From: Bacteroidia bacterium
GTDB lineage: Bacteria; Bacteroidota; Bacteroidia; Bacteroidales; CAJPTX01
Reading direction: 5' to 3'
DNA length: 64,000 nucleotides
NCBI GenBank assembly: GCA_905373475.1
Contig: CAJPTC010000001.1
Coordinates: 163,998-227,997, forward strand
Under the pieces are notes generated by a model. That model did no database searches. It was given only the letters and a program-made list of their open reading frames with translations, and was not told the origin of the DNA. Position numbers and translations under genes: made by a program. This document shows positions 54,786 through 62,630 of this stretch, one piece after another (position 1 is the first letter of the stretch; each line of letters begins with the position of its first letter).

Positions 54786-54858
54786 TTATTTTACTTTAAA
54801 GACCGAAAGTAAAATAACGCCTCCTCTTATTTTACTTTAGAGGCTTAAAGTAAAATAA
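54786..54858. promoter_or_regulatory. Two tandem 41-bp units, each a perfect 12-bp inverted repeat TTATTTTACTTT-N8-AAAGTAAAATAA (operator-like or hairpin array)
   Basis: Arms at 54786-54797/54806-54817 and 54827-54838/54847-54858. A partial third left arm follows (CTTATTTTCCTTT, ~54867-54879). The proximal arm lies 16-27 nt upstream of the candidate fic -7 box. Confidence 0.6.
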
Positions 54859-54942
54859 CGCCTCCTCTTATTTTCCTTTCCTAAATCAGGGTAACTATCC
54901 CAAAATGTTTTGGGCGATACAGGTCATGCGTCAAATGCGCGA

Positions 54943-55035
54943 GTTAAGCGTTGCGCGAAGGAGGGGACAGTAATAATCAAGAAAATGCGGATTGCGCATT
55001 TAGGTGCGTTTTGCCCAACAAAATTGATATTCAAT
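54943..55035. repeat. Right copy of the direct repeat bracketing fic
   Basis: See the left copy. It contains the AAATGCG-GATTG-CGCATTT hairpin module also present in clusters A and B. Confidence 0.85.
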
Positions 55036-55041
55036 ATTTTA

Positions 55042-56406
55042 CTATCCTAAAAACCAGCGGAGTATGCGCTGTTTTAACGAGGTATAGGGCGGATAACGAA
55101 GGGTAGGATCTAGCCAAGAGCCTCGCAGTACGACCGATTTTTTGTGACTAAACGTAGCGAACGACTCAGCACCGTGGTAAGCGCCCATCCCAGATGCTCC
55201 TACTCCGCCAAAAGGTAGATTGGTGCTAGCTATGTGCGAAATAACGTCGTTTACACAGCCACCGCCGAAAGATAGGTCGCGTAGCACTTTGCGTGCGAGT
55301 GCACAATCGGATGTAAACAAGTAAAGAGCCAGCGGACGAGGACGTGCTTGCACAAAACGTATAGCTTCTTCTGCGCTGTCTACACAGAGAATGGGGAGCA
55401 ATGGTCCGAATATCTCTTCTTGCATTACAGCATCTGTTGAAGCTATGTTGTCCAATAATGTGGGTGCTATGCGCAGGCTCGACTCATCGGTTTCGCCTCC
55501 CGAAACGACCTTTTCAGGGTCAATAAGTCGGCAAATGCGCTCGAAGTGTCTGCGGTTAACGATTTTGCCATAGTCGGGGTTAGAAAGCGGCGTTTTACCG
55601 TACATTTTTTCGATTTCCTCTTGCAATAAACCGACCAATTTCTCTTTCACCGCGTTTTCTACCAAGATATAGTCGGGCGCAATGCAAGTCTGTCCGCAGT
55701 TTAGAAACTTGCCGAACACAATGCGTCTGGCAGCCAAACGGAGTGGGGCAGTGCGCGTTACAATTACGGGCGATTTGCCCCCCAATTCGAGGGTAACGGG
55801 TGTGAGGTGTTGTGCTGCCTTTTCCATCACGTATTTCCCTACGTTGCCGTTCCCTGTATAGAAGATGTAGTCAAATTTCTCTTCCAGAAGTGCTTGACTT
55901 GTGGCAACATCGCCGTTTACGACGCTTACAAGCTCTGGAGGCAGGACTTCGCTAACCAGTTGTGCCAGAAGTGTGGCAGTAGCGGGAGCTAGCTCCGAGG
56001 GTTTTAGGATACAGCAGTTCCCTGCTGCGAGTGCGCCAACTAAGGGAGACAGGGAGAGTAGGAACGGGTAGTTCCAAGGTGCAAGGATGAGAACCGCGCC
56101 ATAGGGCTCGTAGAAAATCTTTTGTCGTGCAGGGAAGTTGGTTAGGGGCGTGCTACGTCGTTTGGGGTGCATCCAACGTCGGAGGTGTTTCAGTGCATAG
56201 TTTATCTCCGCAATTGTGAGCCCTATTTCGGTCATATAGGCTTCTGTCTCCGATTTACCGAGGTCTTCTTGCAGCGCTTGACAGATTTGCGCTTCGTATC
56301 GCTTTATCTGCTTTCGCAATTGTACAAGAGCATCTTTCCTTTTTTGAAACGAGCGTGTGTGCCCTTCGTGAAAGTAGCGCCGTTGGTTGGCTAGCAGTTC
56401 GTTCAT
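55042..56406 (-). CDS. NAD(P)+-dependent aldehyde dehydrogenase (class 3-like)
   Basis: 454 aa with ELGGKSP and the catalytic Cys region NCGQTCIAPDY. The N-terminus is typical of ALDH3/YwdH-like enzymes. Confidence 0.9.
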   Translation of the reverse strand: MNELLANQRRYFHEGHTRSFQKRKDALVQLRKQIKRYEAQICQALQEDLGKSETEAYMTEIGLTIAEINYALKHLRRWMHPKRRSTPLTNFPARQKIFYEPYGAVLILAPWNYPFLLSLSPLVGALAAGNCCILKPSELAPATATLLAQLVSEVLPPELVSVVNGDVATSQALLEEKFDYIFYTGNGNVGKYVMEKAAQHLTPVTLELGGKSPVIVTRTAPLRLAARRIVFGKFLNCGQTCIAPDYILVENAVKEKLVGLLQEEIEKMYGKTPLSNPDYGKIVNRRHFERICRLIDPEKVVSGGETDESSLRIAPTLLDNIASTDAVMQEEIFGPLLPILCVDSAEEAIRFVQARPRPLALYLFTSDCALARKVLRDLSFGGGCVNDVISHIASTNLPFGGVGASGMGAYHGAESFATFSHKKSVVLRGSWLDPTLRYPPYTSLKQRILRWFLG

Positions 56407-56553
56407 CGTTCCAGTGGTTAGAGATGAATGACTATGGCGATAATAGGGGAAATAAAGTTGAGATACTACCTCGTAGCCCTTTTTGCAAACACTTGTTTAA
56501 GAGGATTTCCTCATGAAATGAGCTACAAAACTGTACGACAAATTAGCGAAAAA

Positions 56554-56883
56554 ATGTATCTTTGCAATAGGAGAGAGGGTGTGAAAGTGTTGCGTGAAGA
56601 GAAATCGAAAGCATTGAAACAGCTGGAAGGCAATGTGGCGCGTCTTGTGTCGCATGTAGCGGAGCTTTCTGAGCGCTTAGCTGTTTTAACGCAGGAGAAT
56701 GAGACGCTACAGGCTGAGCTCGCCGAGGCACGGGAACAGCTTGCTACCTCGGAGGAGGGGCGACGTATTCAGTCTGCGGCTGTTGCTTTAGGGGCTACTA
56801 GCTCTGACTCGCGCGAGGCTCGCAAACTTATCTCTCAGGTGTTGCGGGAAATAGAAGCTTGTATTGCATTACTACAGACTTAA
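56554..56883 (+). CDS. Small coiled-coil protein (ZapB-like?), start uncertain
   Basis: The heptad-rich sequence LEGNVARLVSHVAELSERLAVLTQENETLQAELAEAREQL lies directly upstream of zapA. The first 42 codons of the listed ORF look non-coding. Confidence 0.45.
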   Translation: MYLCNRREGVKVLREEKSKALKQLEGNVARLVSHVAELSERLAVLTQENETLQAELAEAREQLATSEEGRRIQSAAVALGATSSDSREARKLISQVLREIEACIALLQT

Positions 56884-56911
56884 GAGTCGTACATTATACG
56901 AGGAACGAGTA

Positions 56912-57208
56912 ATGGCGGAGGATACGTTTAGGTGTCAGGTAGGACGTGTAGTATTTGGGATCTCAAGAGCAGATGCCGATCGTGCGCGCCTCATTGAACG
57001 TGCCGCCGAGCGTCTCAATGTATTGCTGCGGGAGAAACGTGGCGATGCGGATGCACCATTATTTTCGAGCGATGAGCAGGCTATTACGTACATTGCTCTC
57101 GAGCTCATGTCTCACCAACTTTGGGAGGAGGAACAAGAGCTCCAAGAGAATACGTTGGGGAGGCTTGAGGAGCTCAATAGTCGTATAAATGAGGTTCTTA
57201 ACGATTGA
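56912..57208 (+). CDS. zapA: Cell division protein ZapA
   Basis: 98 aa from the internal ATG. The pattern VGRVVFGISRADADRARLIERAAERLNVLL ... AITYIALELMSHQL fits the ZapA family, and the zapA-rny neighbourhood is common in Bacteroidota. Confidence 0.7.
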   Translation: MAEDTFRCQVGRVVFGISRADADRARLIERAAERLNVLLREKRGDADAPLFSSDEQAITYIALELMSHQLWEEEQELQENTLGRLEELNSRINEVLND

Positions 57209-57241
57209 GTGATCGTCGCTGTTTTAGGTTAGACATTCTAT

Positions 57242-57450
57242 AGCCCGTCGCCGAGCTGTTTGCATACGCGGAACTCGACATTGAAAGCGTATTGGGTAGA
57301 GATTTGTTGTACTGATGAGAGGCCTTTTTACCCCTCCTGCGTGGAGGTGGGATTCTAGGAATAGGACGTTGGACCTCAGACGTGCACAGCCAGCCCAGCC
57401 GTATATTTTTGGAGTTCTAAGCTGTTGCCAGTTCGGTACGGGCTTTTTTT
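57242..57450 (+). ncRNA. ssrS: Candidate 6S RNA (rod-like structured RNA ending in a T-run)
   Basis: The 5' arm 57242-57258 (AGCCCGUCGCCGAGCUG) pairs with the 3' arm 57429-57444 (CAGUUCGGUACGGGCU): 16 bp including 2 G-U pairs and one bulge. A second helix is GAACUC 57271-57276 with GAGUUC 57412-57417. The apical hairpin CCUCC-UGCGU-GGAGG lies at 57333-57347, near the midpoint. A T7 run sits at 57444-57450. In E. coli ssrS lies immediately downstream of zapA. Confidence 0.45.
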
Positions 57451-57477
57451 ATTGTGTATGAAAAGTTAAAAGAAACA

Positions 57478-59019
57478 ATGTTAGTTGTATGGATAATCGT
57501 AACCGTGCTCGTGTCGCTTGCCATAGGCTTTGGCGTGGCATACTGGCTACTGGGCAAGCTGTTACGAGAACGAAATGAGCGCATGATTGCGGAGGCAAAA
57601 CTGGAGGCTGAGCGTATTCATGCTGAAAAGATTGAAAAGGCAGATGCCCATTTCCAGCGTCTTAGGGGAGAGTTTGAAGCAAAGTCTAGAGTTCGTGAAG
57701 AGAAGATTGCTAACGCTGAACGCGACTTGAAGCAACGGGAAAACAACCTGCGCAACCAACAGACCGAGTTACAGAAGAAACGAAAGGAACAGGAAGCACA
57801 GCGGGCGTCGCTCACTGCCAAAATGGAGCATTACGACGAGTTGTGCAAAGAGACTGAAGAGCTTAAGGCACGACACATAGGGCGTATGGAAGAAATTGCT
57901 GGCATGTCGGCAGAGACGGCAAAAGAACAGCTAGTACAATCGATGACCGATACGGCTCGTAGCGAGGCTATGAGCTATGCGGCGGAAATTGTAGAAGAAG
58001 CGAAACTTAATGCCAATAAAGAGGCAAAGCGAATTATTGTGCAGTCGATACAACGTCTGGCAACAGAGACGGCTATCGAAAACGCCGTGTCGGTTTTCCA
58101 CATAGATTCTGACGAGGTAAAAGGAAAGATTATTGGTCGCGAGGGGCGTAATATTCGTACCCTAGAGTCGGTAACAGGTGTTGAGCTTATTGTAGATGAT
58201 ACGCCCGATGCCATTGTACTTTCAGCCTTTGACCCCGTACGTCGGGAGATTGCGCGTCTTTCGCTTCACCAGTTGGTACAAGATGGGCGTATACATCCTG
58301 CACGCATAGAAGAGGTTGTGGCGCGTGTTACGAAGCAGCTTGAAGAGGAAATTCAGGAAACGGGCAAACGTACAGTGATAGATCTCGGTGTGCATCCTTT
58401 GCACCCCGAATTGGTGCGTATGGTGGGACGTATGAAGTACCGCTCTTCGTATGGGCAGAATTTGCTACAACACTCGCGCGAGGTGGCCAATCTTTGTGCC
58501 ATCATGGCGAGCGAATTAGGGCTTAATGCAAAGCTAGCGAAACGGGCAGGTTTGCTACACGATATTGGGAAAGTGCCCGATGAGGAGCCCGATTTGCCAC
58601 ATGCACTCTATGGGATGAAGCTTGCCGAGCAGTACAAAGAGAAACCTGAGGTTTGCAATGCGATAGGTGCTCACCACGACGAAATTGAGATGACTACGCT
58701 CATTGCGCCCATTGTTCAGGTGTGCGATGCGATTTCGGGAGCTCGTCCAGGTGCACGTCGCGAGGTGGTAGAAGCCTACATAAAGCGCTTGAAGGACATG
58801 GAAACGCTTGCGCTTTCTTACCCTGGGGTTGAAAAGACGTATGCTATTCAGGCGGGGCGTGAGCTGCGTGTAATTGTGGGGAGTGAAAAGATGGATGATC
58901 AGGCATCGCAGCGTTTGGCTCTCGAGATTGCACGGAAGATTCAAGAGGAAATGACTTATCCGGGGCAGGTGAAGGTCACCGTGATTCGCGAGACTCGCGC
59001 GACAGGGATCGCGAGATAA
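57478..59019 (+). CDS. rny: Ribonuclease Y
   Basis: N-terminal TM helix ([23 protein letters not shown]), coiled coil, KH domain ([15 protein letters not shown]) and HD domain (LLHDIGK...GAHHDE). Start taken at the ATG at 57478 rather than the GTG at 57454. Confidence 0.93.
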   Translation: MLVVWIIVTVLVSLAIGFGVAYWLLGKLLRERNERMIAEAKLEAERIHAEKIEKADAHFQRLRGEFEAKSRVREEKIANAERDLKQRENNLRNQQTELQKKRKEQEAQRASLTAKMEHYDELCKETEELKARHIGRMEEIAGMSAETAKEQLVQSMTDTARSEAMSYAAEIVEEAKLNANKEAKRIIVQSIQRLATETAIENAVSVFHIDSDEVKGKIIGREGRNIRTLESVTGVELIVDDTPDAIVLSAFDPVRREIARLSLHQLVQDGRIHPARIEEVVARVTKQLEEEIQETGKRTVIDLGVHPLHPELVRMVGRMKYRSSYGQNLLQHSREVANLCAIMASELGLNAKLAKRAGLLHDIGKVPDEEPDLPHALYGMKLAEQYKEKPEVCNAIGAHHDEIEMTTLIAPIVQVCDAISGARPGARREVVEAYIKRLKDMETLALSYPGVEKTYAIQAGRELRVIVGSEKMDDQASQRLALEIARKIQEEMTYPGQVKVTVIRETRATGIAR

Positions 59020-59050
59020 CCCGTTCGTTGTTTCAACGCAAGAAATATGC

Positions 59051-59087
59051 AAAAGAGGTGTGGCAGTGGGCTTCACCTCTTTTTTTA
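59051..59087 (+). terminator. Intrinsic terminator of rny
   Basis: AGAGGTG (59054-59060) pairs with CACCTCT (59074-59080), followed by a T6 run. Confidence 0.65.
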
Positions 59088-59130
59088 TCCAGTGGTGTTC
59101 TATCATTATTATCGTAGCTACTTTAGTGCC

Positions 59131-62100
59131 ATGCGTAAATCGTACCTAGTAGGTTTTGTTCTATTCTTTTTGAGCTTAGCACTTTGCGCACAAGAAACTA
59201 CGCTGCAACGTGTTCGCATTGATCAGCCTATGTCCGTGCTGTTGCAAGAAGAACTTGCTGCGGATGGGGTGGAGTTACTTGAGTTTCTGGGAGGCAATGA
59301 ATATGTAGCACGTGTCGGGCAAAATGCATTGCAAAACAAGGTGCGCTTGCGGAATTCCTCTAGCTCGTTTGTGCCTTTTACAGCAACTGAGAAAATAGCG
59401 CCCAGTCTTTTGCAAAAAGAGGGTGAACTGAGTGTACGGCTCTTCCTTATTACCGAGTCCGAACTTCAGTCGGTACGTAGTTCTATAGAAACTCTTGGTG
59501 GTACGTATCTCTCATACGACGAGCTTCTGCATGCGGTACGTTGTACCATGCCCAGTGCGCGCCTTCAAGAGCTTGCGCAGCACGATGCCGTACTATGGGT
59601 GTTTCCGTTACCGCGGCAGCGTAAAATTCGGGATTGGGCAGGGAAACTGCTGAGTGGAGTGCCACTCGTTCAGCACGAAGGTAATGCAGTGGGACTCGAT
59701 TTAACAGGGCACGGAGTGCGCATTGGGATCTGGGATGAAACGATAGACCCACACCCCGATCTCGTTGATAAAGTCTCTGTGCAGGAGAAAGAGATGCAAA
59801 GCACTGGGCATGGTACGCATGTGGCGGGCATCATTTTAGGGGCAGGCTTTCTACAGCCTGCAGCACGAGGCATGAGCCCTCAGGCAAGGGCGTGGAGCTA
59901 TAATTTTAAGTTTGAGGAGTCGCAACGCGACGAATGGGATGAGATGCAGGAGGCCTACCAGCAGTACCATTTTTCGCTTACCAACAATTCTTACGGACTA
60001 GATTATACGGAGGACGATTGCTCCGACTATGAGCAAATGGTATACGACTTCGATGCTCCCTTCGATTTTTTGGCTCGGCGCTATCCGCTACTCACTCATG
60101 TGTTTGCGGCGGGGAACGAGCGGAACAATATCTCCTGTGCTTCCAAATTTAATAATGGCTATGGTTCGTCGCCCAGTCGTGGTAAGAATCTGATTTATGT
60201 GGGAGCTGTTGATGCAGATGCGCGCATGACCTCATTCTCTTCTTGGGGACCTATGGATGACGGGCGACTTATTCCGACTGTGGTTGCGCACGGGGCTCGC
60301 GTGTTGAGTGTAGACAGGAGTAGTGGCTATACGCGCCTTTCGGGTACTTCTATGGCATGCCCTGCCGTGACGGGGCAGCTCGCTTTGGTAACGGAGTACT
60401 ATGGGCGTGAGAACAACAATGAGATCCCGCGTAGCGATTTGTTGCGAGCCTTGGTTGCCAATACTGCGGAAGATATTGCACCCGAAGGGCCTGATTATGC
60501 CACGGGGTATGGTTTGGTAAAAGTTCCGAATATGATAGATGTGCTGCGTAGCCAGAATTATGTTTTGGACAGCTGTAGCGGACAAGGCGAGCAACGAGAC
60601 TATGAGATTTTTGTTCCTGATGGCGTAAAGAGTGTACGAGTCATGCTTGTATGGAACGATGCTGTAACACTCCGTCCGCATGCATGGGGCGAGAAAGCGC
60701 TTGTGAACGATTTGGATTTAGTTGTTGAAAACGGTAACACAACACTACTTCCGTGGATACTTGACCCTAAGCAACCGAGTCGTGCGGCAAAGCAGGGCGA
60801 AGATCACCTGAATACGATGGAGCAGGTTACAGTCGCCTCGCCACAACGTACCTTGAAGGTCTCGGTTTATGCTACTGCGCTCCCTCGCCCGAGTCAGCCA
60901 TTCGCTCTTGTTTGGTACTTTGAGCGAGAGCCTCAAGCTGCCTTTCTATTACCCCGTGCTGGCGAAAAGTTGGGTGAATCTTTTACGGTTTCCCTCAGTG
61001 GGCTAACTGTGCCCATACAGCTGCGTGTACTCAACCAGCGGGGCGCTACGCTGAAGTTTACCACATTGTCTAAGACTACGGAGGAGCTTCAGTTGGATGT
61101 AAAGAATTTTGATACGGTGTATCTCGAGGCGACCGACCTTCATACTCGTACCATAACTTCGGGGAAGTTTGCATGTATTCCAGTGCCGCAATTGCTTCGC
61201 TTAGACAACGCCGAAGAGATCCCGAATGGTCTCAAACTCTCGTGGAGACAGATAGAGCTCCCTAATACAGAATTCCACTATAGTATTTGCATTGCTTGCA
61301 GCGCTGACGGTAATTGGCAGGAGATTGGGCGGGTTAGTGCAAAAGAGAGCTCGTACGAGATAGCGCCTACCCAACTGTTTGGCGCAACGCGGGTTGCACT
61401 TGCTGTGCGCGTGGTGCTAGGCAATGTACAAGGGAAACTTTCTGACGCCATGTTTACTCCGCTGCTGCCTCCACGTACCAATGCAACAGTCTCTACGCTC
61501 CCGTCTTTGTATACCAGCATACAGATGACGGATGCCGCCCATCTGCCGCTTGAAGAGGGCGCTACTGTTGCCGTAAACGCTACGGTTAATCTGCGTGTAC
61601 ACGTGGCAGTAGAAAGGCAATTGCAAAAGCTGCAAGTGCATGGTGAGGAGCTTCCATTTGCTGATGCGGGCGAGGGAAACTATACAGCCTCATTTCAAAT
61701 TCCCGCACGCGGTCTATACCGCAATTTCTGTTTTGAGCCACAAACTATTAAAGCCCCCTCTGTGCCCGAACATACGGTAACGCTTCGCTATGACAGTGTG
61801 CAGCATCTCGGTTTACAAGTGATGGAGGAGGGTGTGTTGCGTAAAGCATCGCAACTTTTGCGTCGCGGAACGACGTTAACCTTGCTCTGCGAGGAAAAAG
61901 GAATTAAGCGTGCGGTCTATTTCACAGTAAATGGGGAACGACTTGATGGAACGTACTACGAAAAAAGACTCGAAGCAAAATATACCCTTACAGCCGACTA
62001 CGCTAAGGCAGAGTTGCAGATAGATTGTTTTTATACTGACTTACCAGCAATTCCTTTCACAAGTGAGGTGCATGGCACAGGGGCAAGAATAGAATATCTT

Positions 62101-62580
62101 ACCAACGGAGCACGCCTATTGCCCAACGAGCTATGTGCTCGTGGTGAACTACTCTCGGTTCGCATAGAGCCCAATACGGGGGTTGGGATAGAAAAGATAA
62201 TATGCAATGGTGCACCTCTGAAATGCCAGGAACAAGAAGGAATTTTTATAGCTGATTACCTAGTTCCCACGAGTAGTGAGGTCTCTTCGGTGCACATAGC
62301 AATTTATCTTTCGGGTTCACCCACCGAAGTCGTAGATACTTTTGCGGGTAATATACAGGTTGCACCCAATCCGTTCGGGAGTCTGCTGCGCATTTCGTGC
62401 AACGAATTGCGAAATGTGCGCTATGCCTTATTGAATGCACAAGGTGTTCTGGTACGTTCGGGCTTGTTGGAAGCGGGAGAAACGCTTGTAAGTACAACAA
62501 CGCTACCCGTAGGAATATATCTTTTACGTCTAACAATCGAGGAGAGGATAATGAAGGTTTATAGGGTGGTAAAAGAGTAG
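59131..62580 (+). CDS. Secreted S8 serine peptidase with T9SS C-terminal sorting domain (S8-3, short paralogue)
   Basis: Start at MRKSYLVGFVLFFLSLALCAQ; the listed 59047 start overlaps the rny terminator. Triad: GIWDETID (GAT at 59734), GHGTHVAG, LSGTSMACP. Same P-domain pattern (LVWNDA...NDLDL...NTMEQV). CTD at 62359-62577 (VAPNPF...LPVGIYLLRL). Confidence 0.9.
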   Translation: MRKSYLVGFVLFFLSLALCAQETTLQRVRIDQPMSVLLQEELAADGVELLEFLGGNEYVARVGQNALQNKVRLRNSSSSFVPFTATEKIAPSLLQKEGELSVRLFLITESELQSVRSSIETLGGTYLSYDELLHAVRCTMPSARLQELAQHDAVLWVFPLPRQRKIRDWAGKLLSGVPLVQHEGNAVGLDLTGHGVRIGIWDETIDPHPDLVDKVSVQEKEMQSTGHGTHVAGIILGAGFLQPAARGMSPQARAWSYNFKFEESQRDEWDEMQEAYQQYHFSLTNNSYGLDYTEDDCSDYEQMVYDFDAPFDFLARRYPLLTHVFAAGNERNNISCASKFNNGYGSSPSRGKNLIYVGAVDADARMTSFSSWGPMDDGRLIPTVVAHGARVLSVDRSSGYTRLSGTSMACPAVTGQLALVTEYYGRENNNEIPRSDLLRALVANTAEDIAPEGPDYATGYGLVKVPNMIDVLRSQNYVLDSCSGQGEQRDYEIFVPDGVKSVRVMLVWNDAVTLRPHAWGEKALVNDLDLVVENGNTTLLPWILDPKQPSRAAKQGEDHLNTMEQVTVASPQRTLKVSVYATALPRPSQPFALVWYFEREPQAAFLLPRAGEKLGESFTVSLSGLTVPIQLRVLNQRGATLKFTTLSKTTEELQLDVKNFDTVYLEATDLHTRTITSGKFACIPVPQLLRLDNAEEIPNGLKLSWRQIELPNTEFHYSICIACSADGNWQEIGRVSAKESSYEIAPTQLFGATRVALAVRVVLGNVQGKLSDAMFTPLLPPRTNATVSTLPSLYTSIQMTDAAHLPLEEGATVAVNATVNLRVHVAVERQLQKLQVHGEELPFADAGEGNYTASFQIPARGLYRNFCFEPQTIKAPSVPEHTVTLRYDSVQHLGLQVMEEGVLRKASQLLRRGTTLTLLCEEKGIKRAVYFTVNGERLDGTYYEKRLEAKYTLTADYAKAELQIDCFYTDLPAIPFTSEVHGTGARIEYLTNGARLLPNELCARGELLSVRIEPNTGVGIEKIICNGAPLKCQEQEGIFIADYLVPTSSEVSSVHIAIYLSGSPTEVVDTFAGNIQVAPNPFGSLLRISCNELRNVRYALLNAQGVLVRSGLLEAGETLVSTTTLPVGIYLLRLTIEERIMKVYRVVKE

Positions 62581-62630
62581 AATGATGTGTCTGAAAGGAA
62601 GAATTTGCGACAAAGTTCTTAACTTTCGGC

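Noticed and set aside
59047-59130. Upstream extension of S8-3 from the listed start at 59047.
   Set aside because: The extension runs through the rny terminator hairpin and T-run (59051-59087) and encodes no signal peptide. The ATG at 59131 gives a canonical signal peptide.
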